A DNA stretch of 63,627 nucleotides from Verrucomicrobia bacterium Opi.OSU.00C (GTDB lineage: Bacteria > Verrucomicrobiota > Verrucomicrobiia > Opitutales > PNEW01), in the NCBI GenBank assembly GCA_002922725.1, contig PNEW01000003.1, positions 1-63,627 of the forward strand, read 5' to 3'. The notes beneath the pieces were generated by a model that did no database searches, had not been told where the DNA came from, and saw only the letters and a list, made by a program, of their open reading frames with translations. A program made the position numbers and the translations under genes. Every line of letters starts with the position of its first letter. Within the stretch, counting starts at the first letter, position 1. This document shows positions 38,824 through 49,007 of the stretch, in pieces.

Positions 38824-40152
38824 ATGAGTAAAAAACCAGTAGTTAAAATAGGATTAATTGGTTTTGGAGTAGTAGGCGAGGGGGTTTGGAAGCATATCCA
38901 GCAAAATCGTTCAGCACTTGAACGGCGTTTAGGTGCACGGCTACAATTGGTTAAAGTGGCCGTGCAAGATATGAAGAAAAAACGCAAAGTACAAATTCCC
39001 CCTGATCAACTTACAACTGACCCTATGAGTATTGCTAATAACCCTGATATTGACATCGTTTGTGAGTTAATGGGAGGGACAACCCTCGCCAAAAAAATTA
39101 CTTTAGCAGCATTACATAATGGTAAAATTGTCGTCACTGCAAATAAAGCTTTGATCTGCAAACATGGTGCTCAGCTTTTTAAAACTGCTCGTGCTGGAGG
39201 GGGACATTATTTTTATGAAGCTAGTGTGGCTGGTGGTATTCCGATTATTAAAGTTGTTCGTGAAGGACTTGTCGCTAATAGGTTTAATTTAATTTATGGT
39301 ATTTTAAACGGTACCTGTAATTATATCCTAACACGTATGGAGCGTGAAAATTTAACTTTTGATAAAACTTTAATTGCGGCACGTGAACTGGGTTATGTTG
39401 AGGCTGATGAGTCATTAGATTTAGATGGATGGGATACTGCTCACAAGGCTGTCATTCTCTCATATCTTGCTCATGGTAAATGGGTTAGTATAAAAGATGT
39501 TCCTGTTGAAGGGATAGTAAATATTACACTTGAAGATATTCAATGGGCGAATAAATTAGGCTTTAAGATCAAACTTCTTGGTATTATAAGTCAGAACAAT
39601 GAGGGCAAATCCATATTTGTTCGGGTTCATCCAACGCTCATTCGCAAGGATAAAATTATGGCTAATGTAGATGGCGTTTACAATGCAGTAAGTGTAAATG
39701 GTGATATTGTAGGCTCAGGTATTCATATTGGTCGAGGTGCAGGACAGGATGCTACAGCCAGCGCAGTCATCGGTGATGTTGCAGATGCAGTGAATATTTT
39801 ACTAAGAACACCTCAACCTATGGGTCTCGAAGACACCAACGAGCTTTACACACCTGTTGGTAGTAATATTGAACTATCCTCATTAGAGGATGTGAGCAGT
39901 CAATATTATCTTCGTTTGAGTGTAACTGATAAACCTGGTGTGCTTGCAGAGATTTCTACCGTGATGGCTAACCACGATGTTAGTATTGCAAGTATGATTC
40001 AACCAGAGGAGAGTAGTAATCAGAAAACAACACTCATTTTAACTACACACCAAAGTAATGAAAAAAGAATACAGGATACGGTTCGTGATTTAGAGGAGCT
40101 TAAAAATGTTCATCAAAAACCTTTTCTTTTACGCATTGTTAATTTTGATTAA
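38824..40152 (+). CDS. hom: Homoserine dehydrogenase (with C-terminal ACT domain)
   Basis: 442 aa. IGLIGFGVVGEGV, VTANKAL, EASVAGGIPII and NGTCNYILTRM, with an ACT-like tail LRLSVTDKPGVLAEIS. Confidence 0.9.
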   Translation: MSKKPVVKIGLIGFGVVGEGVWKHIQQNRSALERRLGARLQLVKVAVQDMKKKRKVQIPPDQLTTDPMSIANNPDIDIVCELMGGTTLAKKITLAALHNGKIVVTANKALICKHGAQLFKTARAGGGHYFYEASVAGGIPIIKVVREGLVANRFNLIYGILNGTCNYILTRMERENLTFDKTLIAARELGYVEADESLDLDGWDTAHKAVILSYLAHGKWVSIKDVPVEGIVNITLEDIQWANKLGFKIKLLGIISQNNEGKSIFVRVHPTLIRKDKIMANVDGVYNAVSVNGDIVGSGIHIGRGAGQDATASAVIGDVADAVNILLRTPQPMGLEDTNELYTPVGSNIELSSLEDVSSQYYLRLSVTDKPGVLAEISTVMANHDVSIASMIQPEESSNQKTTLILTTHQSNEKRIQDTVRDLEELKNVHQKPFLLRIVNFD

Positions 40153-40169
40153 CTTTAGAAATATAAATT

Positions 40170-41387
40170 ATGGCAGTGGTAGTTCAGAAATATGGTGGTA
40201 CTTCAGTGGGCGATATCAACCGCATTAAAAATGTGGCGAATCGCGTAAAAGCAACACGCAATGCGGGGAATGATGTTCTGGTCGTCGTTTCTGCAAGATC
40301 AGGAGTTACAAACCGACTTGTTTCTGAAGCAAAAACACTTCACGAGAATCCGGATGAGCGTGAAATGGATATGCTTTTAACGGTTGGGGAACAGGAAACA
40401 ATTGCGTTGACCGCAATCGCTTTGCATGCTTTAGACGTCCCAGCGGTTTCTAGGACAGGTGGGCAAGCAGGAATTATTACTGATCATGAGCATACCAGGG
40501 CTCGAATTCTCAAAATTGACGGTCATGATTTACGTGATCAGTTGGCAAAGGGAAAAGTTGTCATTGTTGCTGGTTTTCAGGGAGTAAATAAGGAGGGTCA
40601 AACTACCACCCTTGGACGAGGAGGATCAGATTTGTCAGCGATCGCTTTAGCTGTTGCTATCAAAGCTGATCTATGTCAAATATTTACTGATGTTGAAGGT
40701 GTTTATACAGCTGATCCTCGTGTCGTTCCAAACGCGAGAAAAATGGATGTAATTACCTATGATGAAATGCTTGAACTTGCGAGTAGTGGTTCAAAAGTGA
40801 TGCAGCCTAGAGCAGTTGAATTTGCGTATAAATATGGAATTAATTTTGAAATTCGTTCTAGTTTTAACAATAATACAGGAACCATGGTAAAAGGTGAAAT
40901 GGAATCAATGGAAGATGTAGTAGTGCGAGGTGTCGCCGTCGATAAAAATCAAGCTAAAATAATAGTTAGTGGTCTACCGGATGTACCGGGCTCAACAGCA
41001 AAAGTTTTTAATGCTCTTGCCGATGCTAATGTCAATGTAGATATGATAGTTCAGAATATTGCTCGAGCAGGCAAAGCAAATTTGACTTTCACTGTATCTT
41101 TGGACGACACCTCTCGTGCGAAAAAAGCTGTATCTGGCATACTTGACAGTATTAGTCGCAGTAGTGTAAAGATTATTGGTAATATTGCTAAACTTTCAGT
41201 CGTAGGTGTTGGGATGCGAAGTCATAGTGGCATAGCGGCAACTTTATTTTCCGCGCTCGCGAAAAGTAATATAAATATCCAGCTAATTAGTACTTCTGAA
41301 ATAAAAATATCTGTAGCTATAGATCTTGATAAGGCAGATGAAGCCTGTCGTGTAGTGCATCAGGCTTTCGACTTAGATAAAAGCTAA
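40170..41387 (+). CDS. lysC: Aspartate kinase (monofunctional, two ACT domains)
   Basis: 405 aa. VVQKYGGTSVGD, TTLGRGGSD and IFTDVEGVYTADPR, followed by tandem ACT repeats. Confidence 0.92.
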   Translation: MAVVVQKYGGTSVGDINRIKNVANRVKATRNAGNDVLVVVSARSGVTNRLVSEAKTLHENPDEREMDMLLTVGEQETIALTAIALHALDVPAVSRTGGQAGIITDHEHTRARILKIDGHDLRDQLAKGKVVIVAGFQGVNKEGQTTTLGRGGSDLSAIALAVAIKADLCQIFTDVEGVYTADPRVVPNARKMDVITYDEMLELASSGSKVMQPRAVEFAYKYGINFEIRSSFNNNTGTMVKGEMESMEDVVVRGVAVDKNQAKIIVSGLPDVPGSTAKVFNALADANVNVDMIVQNIARAGKANLTFTVSLDDTSRAKKAVSGILDSISRSSVKIIGNIAKLSVVGVGMRSHSGIAATLFSALAKSNINIQLISTSEIKISVAIDLDKADEACRVVHQAFDLDKS

Positions 41388-41393
41388 GTTTTC

Positions 41394-42755
41394 ATGGATT
41401 ATATAAGTACACGAGGGCAATCGCCTTCGGTTTCTTTTGCAGAGGCAGTTGCCATTGGACTAGCGCCTGATGGTGGCCTCTATCTCCCCCGGGAAATTCC
41501 TGATCTATCTGGTAAACTTGAAGAATGGGAATCATTGAATTACGGTGATCTATGTCTCTCTTTTTTTGATTACTTCACAGGAGATTATGATTCGGAAATT
41601 TTGCGCAATGTAATTTATGATGCCTACGCAAATTTTACTCATCCTGATATCGCTTTTCTTAAGAAATTAAAAAATAATTTATTTGTTCTTGAATTATTTC
41701 ATGGTCCAACCCTCGCATTTAAGGATTTCGCATTGCAGATACTTGGAAATTTATATGCCGAACAAATAAAATTTACGGGGGAAAAATTAAATGTTTTGGG
41801 TGCAACTTCTGGAGATACAGGTGCAGCTGCGATTCACGGATTATTAGGTAAGTCAGGAGCTAACGTTTTTATCCTATATCCTAAAGGACGTATTTCAGAT
41901 TTACAGGAAAGACAAATGACCTGTACTGGAGCAAACAATATTTTCCCCTTGGCAATAGAAGGTTCATTTGATGACACACAGCATGTCCTAAAGGAGATAT
42001 TCAATGATCAGATGTTTCGCTTCAAGTATAATCTTTCAGCAGTTAATTCAATTAACCTCGCACGTATTCTTGCTCAATGTGTTTACTATTTCTATGCTTT
42101 TTTTAGGTTACCTTCCGATAAAAAAGAAAATGTAGAATTTGTTGTTCCCACTGGCAATTTTGGTAACATCCTGGCAGGCTGGTTAGCGCAGAAAATGGGG
42201 CTCCCCATAAAATCACTCAAAATTGCGACAAATAGAAATGACATTCTTTACCGTCTTTTTAATACAGGTGTTTACTCTATTGCCCCTGTTGAATTCAGCC
42301 ATGCCCCTTCGATGGATATTCAGGTTGCTTCAAATTTTGAACGTTTCCTTTACTACGCTGAAGGCGGTAATTCCAATCGAATTCTTAATATAATGGCAGA
42401 ATTTAAATCTACAGGAAATTTTAAATTTAAAGAGTTTAATCCTGATACTTTTTCATCTTCACATACATCTGATGAGGAAATTATAGATATTATTTATCGT
42501 ATTTACAAGGAATACGACTACATTGTTGATCCACATACTGCTTGTGGTTTTAAGGATATCGATCCGGATAAAATAACAGTAACCTTAGCGACCGCACATC
42601 CTGCAAAATTTCCTGAGGTAATTAAGAAGGCTATTGGTATTGTGCCAACAAGTAATTCGCTAGATATTCTTAAAGATAGAAATAGTGTTTTTTACCCAAT
42701 AGCCGCTGAAAAAAAAGCAATACAGGGTTTTATCAAAGATAATGCAGTTTCTTAA
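41394..42755 (+). CDS. thrC: Threonine synthase (long form)
   Basis: 453 aa. YISTRGQ...GLAPDGGLYLP N-terminus and the PLP lysine motif HGPTLAFKDFALQ. Confidence 0.9.
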   Translation: MDYISTRGQSPSVSFAEAVAIGLAPDGGLYLPREIPDLSGKLEEWESLNYGDLCLSFFDYFTGDYDSEILRNVIYDAYANFTHPDIAFLKKLKNNLFVLELFHGPTLAFKDFALQILGNLYAEQIKFTGEKLNVLGATSGDTGAAAIHGLLGKSGANVFILYPKGRISDLQERQMTCTGANNIFPLAIEGSFDDTQHVLKEIFNDQMFRFKYNLSAVNSINLARILAQCVYYFYAFFRLPSDKKENVEFVVPTGNFGNILAGWLAQKMGLPIKSLKIATNRNDILYRLFNTGVYSIAPVEFSHAPSMDIQVASNFERFLYYAEGGNSNRILNIMAEFKSTGNFKFKEFNPDTFSSSHTSDEEIIDIIYRIYKEYDYIVDPHTACGFKDIDPDKITVTLATAHPAKFPEVIKKAIGIVPTSNSLDILKDRNSVFYPIAAEKKAIQGFIKDNAVS

Positions 42756-42812
42756 AAGTAATGTTGCTATGACTTTCGTAGAGGTAAATAGTTTACTTTC
42801 ATAATTCTATAG

Positions 42813-44393
42813 ATGAATAAAAAGCCTAAAATAATTATTTACGATACAACACTTCGAGATGGAACTCAAGGAGAGGGCATTTCTTTTTCTGTTTCATCTA
42901 AACTTAGGCTGACGAAGAGTATGGATCAATTTGGGGTCGATTACATTGAAGGAGGATGGCCGGGATCGAATCCACGTGATATGGAATATTTTGAAGCGGT
43001 CAAAGGCATTAAATTAAAACACGCTAAAATCTCATCATTTGGTTCTACGAGGCGTGCTGATTTCAGTGTAAAGAAAGATCCTCAACTAGATCTCTTGTTG
43101 AAATCTGAAACTGAGGTGGTTGCAATTTTTGGTAAAAGCTGGCTTTTGCATGTTAAACAGATTCTTCGTACAACGCCGGAAGAAAATCTTCGCATGATCG
43201 AAGAATCTATTGAATATATTAAAAATAAGAATAGAGAGGTTATCTATGACGCGGAACATTTTTATGACGGTTATAAGGATAACTCTGCGTATGCATTGAA
43301 GACGCTTGAAGTTGCGATTCAAGGAGGTGCAGACTATCTCGTGCTGTGTGATACTAACGGCGGAAATCTTACTGAATATATTTATGAAACAACAAAAGAT
43401 ATTATTGAGCAGTTTCCCAATATTAAGATTGGAGTGCATTGTCATAACGATATCGGATTAGGAGTGGCAACATCTTTGGCTGGGATTAATGCTGGAGCGT
43501 TAATGGTACAGGGGACTTTAAATGGTTATGGTGAACGTAATGGAAATGCCAATCTTACTTCCATTATCCCTAACCTTATCCTGAAAATGGAACATCCCAT
43601 GAATTGTGGGAAGAACCTGAAAAAATTACGCGACCTTTCACTTTTTGTTGATGATCTTGCTAACTTAAGATCTGACACAAAAGCACCATATGTAGGTGCA
43701 AGCTCTTTTGCTCATAAAGGCGGTATTCATGCCAATGCCGCTTCTAAAGATTCAAGGAGCTATGAACATATTGAACCCTCATTGGTTGGTAATCGACAAA
43801 GAGTTCTCGTTTCGGATTTATCGGGGCGCAGTAGTATTATGATGAAAATTCAAGAAATGGGGCTAGAACTTGATAAAAATACAATCGATGTAAAAAGCTT
43901 CCTAAAAGAATTAAAAGATCTAGAATACCGAGGTTACGAATATGAAGCCTCAGATGCATCATTTCGGTTGTTATTCCAGTATTGGTTAAAAAAAATAAAG
44001 CATCCTTTTGAATTGATAAGTTACCGTGTAATTGTAGAACGTGATGAAACCGAAAATAAGTTAATTTCAGAAGCCACGGTTAAAATTAAAATCAAAAATG
44101 AAATACACCATGTGGTTGCGGAATCACATGGGCCGGTGGGTGCATTAGACCGAGCATTAAGACAAGCTTTAGAAAAAGACTTTCCAGAAATAAAGGATAT
44201 TAGTTTAAGTGATTTTAAAGTGAGAATTCTTGATAGTGCTGAAGGAACCGATGCACGTATTCGGGTTCAGATCGAATCCAGTGATTCGAAAGAGATCTGG
44301 GGGACAGTGGGAGCCAGTGATAATATCATTGAGGCAAGTTGGGAAGCCCTGAAAGATTCAGTTGAATATAAAATTTTACGCGATAAAAAATAA
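42813..44393 (+). CDS. cimA: Citramalate synthase (LeuA/CimA family, CimA-type length and C-terminal domain)
   Basis: 526 aa. IYDTTLRDGTQGEG, HCHNDIGLGVA and a LeuA_dimer-like C-terminus. The CimA versus LeuA assignment rests on size and N-terminal pattern, not on a search. Confidence 0.75.
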   Translation: MNKKPKIIIYDTTLRDGTQGEGISFSVSSKLRLTKSMDQFGVDYIEGGWPGSNPRDMEYFEAVKGIKLKHAKISSFGSTRRADFSVKKDPQLDLLLKSETEVVAIFGKSWLLHVKQILRTTPEENLRMIEESIEYIKNKNREVIYDAEHFYDGYKDNSAYALKTLEVAIQGGADYLVLCDTNGGNLTEYIYETTKDIIEQFPNIKIGVHCHNDIGLGVATSLAGINAGALMVQGTLNGYGERNGNANLTSIIPNLILKMEHPMNCGKNLKKLRDLSLFVDDLANLRSDTKAPYVGASSFAHKGGIHANAASKDSRSYEHIEPSLVGNRQRVLVSDLSGRSSIMMKIQEMGLELDKNTIDVKSFLKELKDLEYRGYEYEASDASFRLLFQYWLKKIKHPFELISYRVIVERDETENKLISEATVKIKIKNEIHHVVAESHGPVGALDRALRQALEKDFPEIKDISLSDFKVRILDSAEGTDARIRVQIESSDSKEIWGTVGASDNIIEASWEALKDSVEYKILRDKK

Positions 44394-44455
44394 AAAGTAG
44401 ACTCAATGTGCTTCGATTAACCCACAAATTGTTAGTTATAAAACTTATACTATTA

Positions 44456-45322
44456 CTATTTTATATGTTTAAATAAGTTTGCTGGATTGTCATAGGCTAG
44501 TAAAAAATTGCCCTCTTTTTGGCATTCATGAAATTGTTTTGCTTTCCAGTATTTTAGTTTATAAAGACTAGCAAATTGGATAGAGGGTGGATGGGTTCCC
44601 TGACCTTTAATTAATTCCGTTCCTCGCATTACATTATCAATTAATCGGTTTGCAATACTTAGATGGTAGGGATTGCGTTCAATCTCACCGCGATGGAAAG
44701 ATAATGCGGTTATTAAATCAGCTATATCCTTTTTCTTACACTCAACTAAAAGGTTGGGTTTGTTCATAAAGCCCCAAGTTTCAGTTTCAATACAGTAAGT
44801 GGAAAATTTATGGCCCATACTTTTTAACCCATCGACAACCAGGTAATGTGTTCCTATATGTGTCGTGTGCCAATCTTTTACATGTGGGTAAAAAATTATA
44901 TCAGGTCTATTTTTATCTAAAATAGAGGCAATAAGAGAAACGCAGTAAGACCAATATTGTGGGTTGTTTTCTCGTGTGTGTGGATTGATATTCTCCAAGC
45001 CATCATTTTTAATCCTAACTAAATCAAATCCTATAAACTGACAGCTATTTCGGAGTTCCTTAAGTCTGCTTTTGCGACGTCCTTTTTTACTACCCAATGT
45101 GACTGCAACATTGCTGATCTGCATTTTGCTTTCTCGCATCAATCGCAGGGGTAAGTGACTGATTATTACTTCGTCATCTGGGTGAGGAGAGAAGATTAAT
45201 ACACGTGGCGCATCTTTGGACAGCCTCGGACGAGGTATATTCGGCCACTCACCTCGCGGAATAAGTGCCGCCTTTTGAAGTAACTGATCTAGAGCACGGA
45301 TATAGTCATCGTATGTTTTCAT
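44456..45322 (-). CDS. PIG-L/LmbE family N-acetylglucosaminyl deacetylase
   Basis: 288 aa. VLIFSPHPDDEVI zinc-binding signature of the PIG-L family. Confidence 0.8.
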   Translation of the reverse strand: MKTYDDYIRALDQLLQKAALIPRGEWPNIPRPRLSKDAPRVLIFSPHPDDEVIISHLPLRLMRESKMQISNVAVTLGSKKGRRKSRLKELRNSCQFIGFDLVRIKNDGLENINPHTRENNPQYWSYCVSLIASILDKNRPDIIFYPHVKDWHTTHIGTHYLVVDGLKSMGHKFSTYCIETETWGFMNKPNLLVECKKKDIADLITALSFHRGEIERNPYHLSIANRLIDNVMRGTELIKGQGTHPPSIQFASLYKLKYWKAKQFHECQKEGNFLLAYDNPANLFKHIK

Positions 45323-45818
45323 ATATCAGAAACTGGCTTCTTCAGATTTATTATATATTAATAAAATAATAAAGAAGTATTACTTAATATGTATTTATGG
45401 AAATTTATAATAATATTTAATCGTATAATTATGATCGCAGATACAACAAATCCGTCAAAGTCTATCTGTAAAAGTAGAGAAATAAAACTATTAGCTATCC
45501 AGGGGTTTGACTCTTAGATAGGGCGTTTCAAATTCTTCACACAGTTCCATAAAAATTGGATTTTATACATCTAAATCCTATTTTCAAACACGATAAATCT
45601 TCACCATGGATAAAGGGGGATTAACGCCCTTATTACTTTTACATAATATTCCATACACGGGTTTTATTGTCTATTATCATAATTTGTGGTTTCAGTGCTT
45701 TCAAAAAGTTTAGTATTTTTAAGAATCCTGTTGCAATATTATTGAAAATTAAGCATTTTCGCGGATTCTCCGTTTTAATACGTTCAGTCATCTAAATTTT
45801 GAATGGAAAGGTTTTACT

Positions 45819-46031
45819 TTGAGAAACGACTATATTGAAGAAGCCCAAAAAATTATTTCTGACCCGAATATTCTTATTAACGTGGTATCACGCCGTGTAA
45901 AACAACTTAAATATGGCAACAAACCACTTGTGGAGTCTTTGGAACGGTTAAGTCCTGAAGATATTGCATTGAGAGAGATTATTGAAGGGAAAATTACACA
46001 CGAACTATTTGATCCGGATAAGGAAAACTAA
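45819..46031 (+). CDS. rpoZ: DNA-directed RNA polymerase subunit omega
   Basis: 70 aa. NILINVVSRRVKQLKYG...PEDIALREIIEGKI follows the RpoZ pattern. Confidence 0.8.
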   Translation: MRNDYIEEAQKIISDPNILINVVSRRVKQLKYGNKPLVESLERLSPEDIALREIIEGKITHELFDPDKEN

Positions 46032-46124
46032 TTCCTTTTAGCCATCGATGTTCTATAGCATGTCCATTCTCATAAATTAAGGGAAGTGGTAATAGTAGGT
46101 GCTGCTTTATTTCCAAAATGATCC

Positions 46125-46592
46125 ATGGCTGCAAAAAAGATAGACCCAGAACGATACCGAGAAATTCGTAATGCCAAGGCCCGAAGGGATTTTTTTATCG
46201 AGGATTCCTTAGAGGCTGGTGTTGTATTAACAGGGACTGAAGTTAAGTCTATACGCAATGGTCGGGCACATATCAATGATGCTTTTATCCGTATAGATAA
46301 GGGAGAAATTTTACTATACCACGCACATATCGAGGAATATCTGTATGGGAATATCAATAATCATATTCCTTATCGTCCACGTAAACTAATCCTGCATAAA
46401 AAGGAAATTCAAAAGCTTAAAGTTGCGATGCAAAGTGGAGGCAAAACTTTAGTTCCTTTAAGAATCTATTTTAAAAAAGGGCTTGTAAAAATACAGGTAG
46501 CTTTATGCAAAGGGAAAAAACTTTATGATAAGCGTGAAGATCTTAAAAAGAAAGCGATTTTGCGGGATATTGAAAGAATAATGAAAGATTAA
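46125..46592 (+). CDS. smpB: SsrA-binding protein
   Basis: 155 aa. NAKARRDFFIEDSLEAGVVLTGTEVKSIR...RPRKLILHKKEI...GKTLVPL...KGKKLYDKRE. Confidence 0.92.
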   Translation: MAAKKIDPERYREIRNAKARRDFFIEDSLEAGVVLTGTEVKSIRNGRAHINDAFIRIDKGEILLYHAHIEEYLYGNINNHIPYRPRKLILHKKEIQKLKVAMQSGGKTLVPLRIYFKKGLVKIQVALCKGKKLYDKREDLKKKAILRDIERIMKD

Positions 46593-46751
46593 CGTAATTA
46601 GATGATTTAGTATAGAAGAATGAATATACAGGATTATTTATTTGAGACTCTTTGTCTCTAAAGTTTTTTACAAATTTATAATTCAGTAAAAATGTAGCAC
46701 GCAAATAGAATATTTTAAAATTAAATATTTGATGGAACTGATACCTGAATT

Positions 46752-46760
46752 CCCCCCCCC
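46752..46760. repeat. C9 homopolymer ending 12 nt upstream of the trmL ATG
   Basis: Read directly: GAATT-CCCCCCCCC-ATCATTATTATA-ATG. Confidence 0.95.
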
Positions 46761-46772
46761 ATCATTATTATA

Positions 46773-47246
46773 ATGCTACACATTATATTATATGAACCTG
46801 AGATTCCACAAAATACAGGTAATATCGGTAGGTTATGTGCTATTACTCGGTCTTGTCTCCATCTTATTCACCCCTTGGGTTTTAAAGTAAACGATCGTTA
46901 TCTTAAACGCAGCGGAATGGACTACTGGCATGATCTTGACATTTATCATCACGAAAATTGGAGGGGGTTTTTAATGAGCCCAAATCGTCCTAGAAAAATA
47001 TGGTTGTTCAGTACAAAAGCCGAGACCTCTTTTTGGACAGTAAAGTTTACTGATGATGACGGTTTGTTGTTTGGAAATGAAGGTTCGGGATGTCCTCAAA
47101 ATCTTCATGCATGGGTAGGGGATAAACGACGTGTGACAATTCCACATTTTAACAAAAATCTACGTTCACTCAATTTATCGACCTCTGTTGGGATAGCCGT
47201 TTATGAAGCGTTACGGCAAATTGAAGTTAGTAATTTATCCGAGTGA
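46773..47246 (+). CDS. trmL: tRNA (cytidine/uridine(34)-2'-O)-methyltransferase TrmL (SpoU/TrmH family)
   Basis: 157 aa. ILYEPEIPQNTGNIGRLC, LLFGNEGSG and LNLSTSVGIAVYE motifs. Confidence 0.88.
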   Translation: MLHIILYEPEIPQNTGNIGRLCAITRSCLHLIHPLGFKVNDRYLKRSGMDYWHDLDIYHHENWRGFLMSPNRPRKIWLFSTKAETSFWTVKFTDDDGLLFGNEGSGCPQNLHAWVGDKRRVTIPHFNKNLRSLNLSTSVGIAVYEALRQIEVSNLSE

Positions 47247-47527
47247 TTTATATTCTAAATTTCCTATCACATATAATCGTTTGGAAAGAATTAAGACTGA
47301 TAGGACAATCAGAGTGTATCTTAAAAAGCAGGTAGGCGAAATCATAACTTCTATTGAAAAAATATAGATTCTAACAAATATAAGATAATCCCTGAATATG
47401 AAAATAATTTCTAAACTGTGCGTAGCTATTTTGTCTATTAACAACTATATTACGAAAAATCCTTTATTTATCATAAATTTTAAAAGAAAAAACTCAGGAC
47501 TGGGTGCGTTTCTCTTCGCCTATTTGA

Positions 47528-48826
47528 CTACAAAGCTTTTATCCCAGCTACGATAACTTCAGTTGCTTTCTCAAGTATTTCTTCATTGTGTGCTGTACTG
47601 GTAAAGCACACTTCATAGGCTGAGGGTGGGAGATACACTCCATTAGTAAGTGCGTAGTGGAACAAGGGTTTGAATAGCCCAGTATTACTGGCTGTGACGT
47701 CGTTAAGGCTTTTAATCGGTTTTTCAGTAAATATCATACAAAACACTGAACCTGCTTGTGGTATTTGTAATGGTATTCCTTTCTCGTCCGCGGCTTCAAG
47801 AATATACCCTTTTAGTTTTTTAACGGCTCGCTCCAAATTATCATAGGGATTTAAAATTTTAAGTAAATTGACCGCCGCTATACCGGCAGCTAGGGCAAGC
47901 GGGTTCCCACTTAAAGTGCCTGCCTGATAGACAGGGCCTTGTGGTGCTAGATTATCCATAATCTCAGCTTTCCCACCAAAGGCACCTACTGGTAAACCAC
48001 CACCGATAATTTTTCCTAGTGCCGTGAGATCTGGTTTTATATTTTCTTTTTCCTGTACTCCACCATATGAGATACGAAAACCAGATATAACTTCATCAAA
48101 AATAAGAACGCTGCCATATTTATCACAAAGGTTTCGCAGTTTATTGAGAAATCCAGGTTGGGGTAAGATAAGACCGTTATTGGCGGGGTATGGTTCAAGG
48201 ATGACAGCAGCAATTTTTTCACCATGGTTAATAAATGCAAGTTCGATTGCATCAAAGTCATTAAATGGTAAAACTAATGTTTCCCCTGCATAACTCTTAG
48301 GAATGCCAGCACTATCTGGATTCCCAAAGGTGAGTGCACCGGAACCAGCTTTAACAAGTAGAGAATCAACGTGTCCATGATAACACCCAGCAAATTTAAC
48401 GATTTTATCGCGTTGCGTATAGCCGCGGGCGAGTCGGATACAGGACATTGTTGCTTCCGTCCCACTATTAACCATACGTACTTTTTCAATAGAGCTTATC
48501 GCCTGAGTGATTATTTCTGCCATTTCCACTTCATATGGGTTGGGTGTGCCAAAGCTTGTCCCTTTGACTAAGGCATCATTAATAGCGTTAAGAATTGTAG
48601 GATGATTGTGCCCATGGATAGCTGGTCCCCACGAGCAGACAAAATCAATTAGCTCTCGTCCATCTATTGTAGTGATTGATGCATTCTTTGCTTTTTCCGT
48701 AAAAAAAGGATGACCACCAACGGAACCAAAAGCCCTTACAGGTGAATTTACCCCACCTGGTATTAATTTTAATGCTTTTTTAAAAAGTTTTTCTGATTCA
48801 TTCATTTTGTAAAGTAATACGGTCAA
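47528..48826 (-). CDS. hemL: Glutamate-1-semialdehyde 2,1-aminomutase
   Basis: 432 aa. [31 protein letters not shown] and the PLP Lys in [16 protein letters not shown]. Confidence 0.93.
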   Translation of the reverse strand: MTVLLYKMNESEKLFKKALKLIPGGVNSPVRAFGSVGGHPFFTEKAKNASITTIDGRELIDFVCSWGPAIHGHNHPTILNAINDALVKGTSFGTPNPYEVEMAEIITQAISSIEKVRMVNSGTEATMSCIRLARGYTQRDKIVKFAGCYHGHVDSLLVKAGSGALTFGNPDSAGIPKSYAGETLVLPFNDFDAIELAFINHGEKIAAVILEPYPANNGLILPQPGFLNKLRNLCDKYGSVLIFDEVISGFRISYGGVQEKENIKPDLTALGKIIGGGLPVGAFGGKAEIMDNLAPQGPVYQAGTLSGNPLALAAGIAAVNLLKILNPYDNLERAVKKLKGYILEAADEKGIPLQIPQAGSVFCMIFTEKPIKSLNDVTASNTGLFKPLFHYALTNGVYLPPSAYEVCFTSTAHNEEILEKATEVIVAGIKAL

Positions 48827-49007
48827 TATCTTTAAAATCTTTGCCTACATTCTTTCGTGTAATCCTATAATGTTAGAATAGAATAGGTTGCCACTAAACA
48901 GATTTCTGATACAGATAGATTTGGGTTTTAGTTTTATGTATTTAGTGATTGGTGAATTTTATAGGCGGACAGATAAGAAAATATTTCACTCATAAATAGC
49001 TCAAAAT

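Noticed and set aside
45323-46772. tmRNA (ssrA) next to smpB
   Set aside because: Neither flanking non-coding region shows a tRNA-like acceptor/T-arm (GGTTCGA...CCA) or a tag-peptide reading frame. The downstream gap (180 nt) is too short.
47235-47444. 69-aa ORF (minus) between trmL and hemL
   Set aside because: The Ile/Phe/Leu-rich translation comes from very AT-rich intergenic DNA, overlaps the trmL stop, and has no motif or plausible start context.
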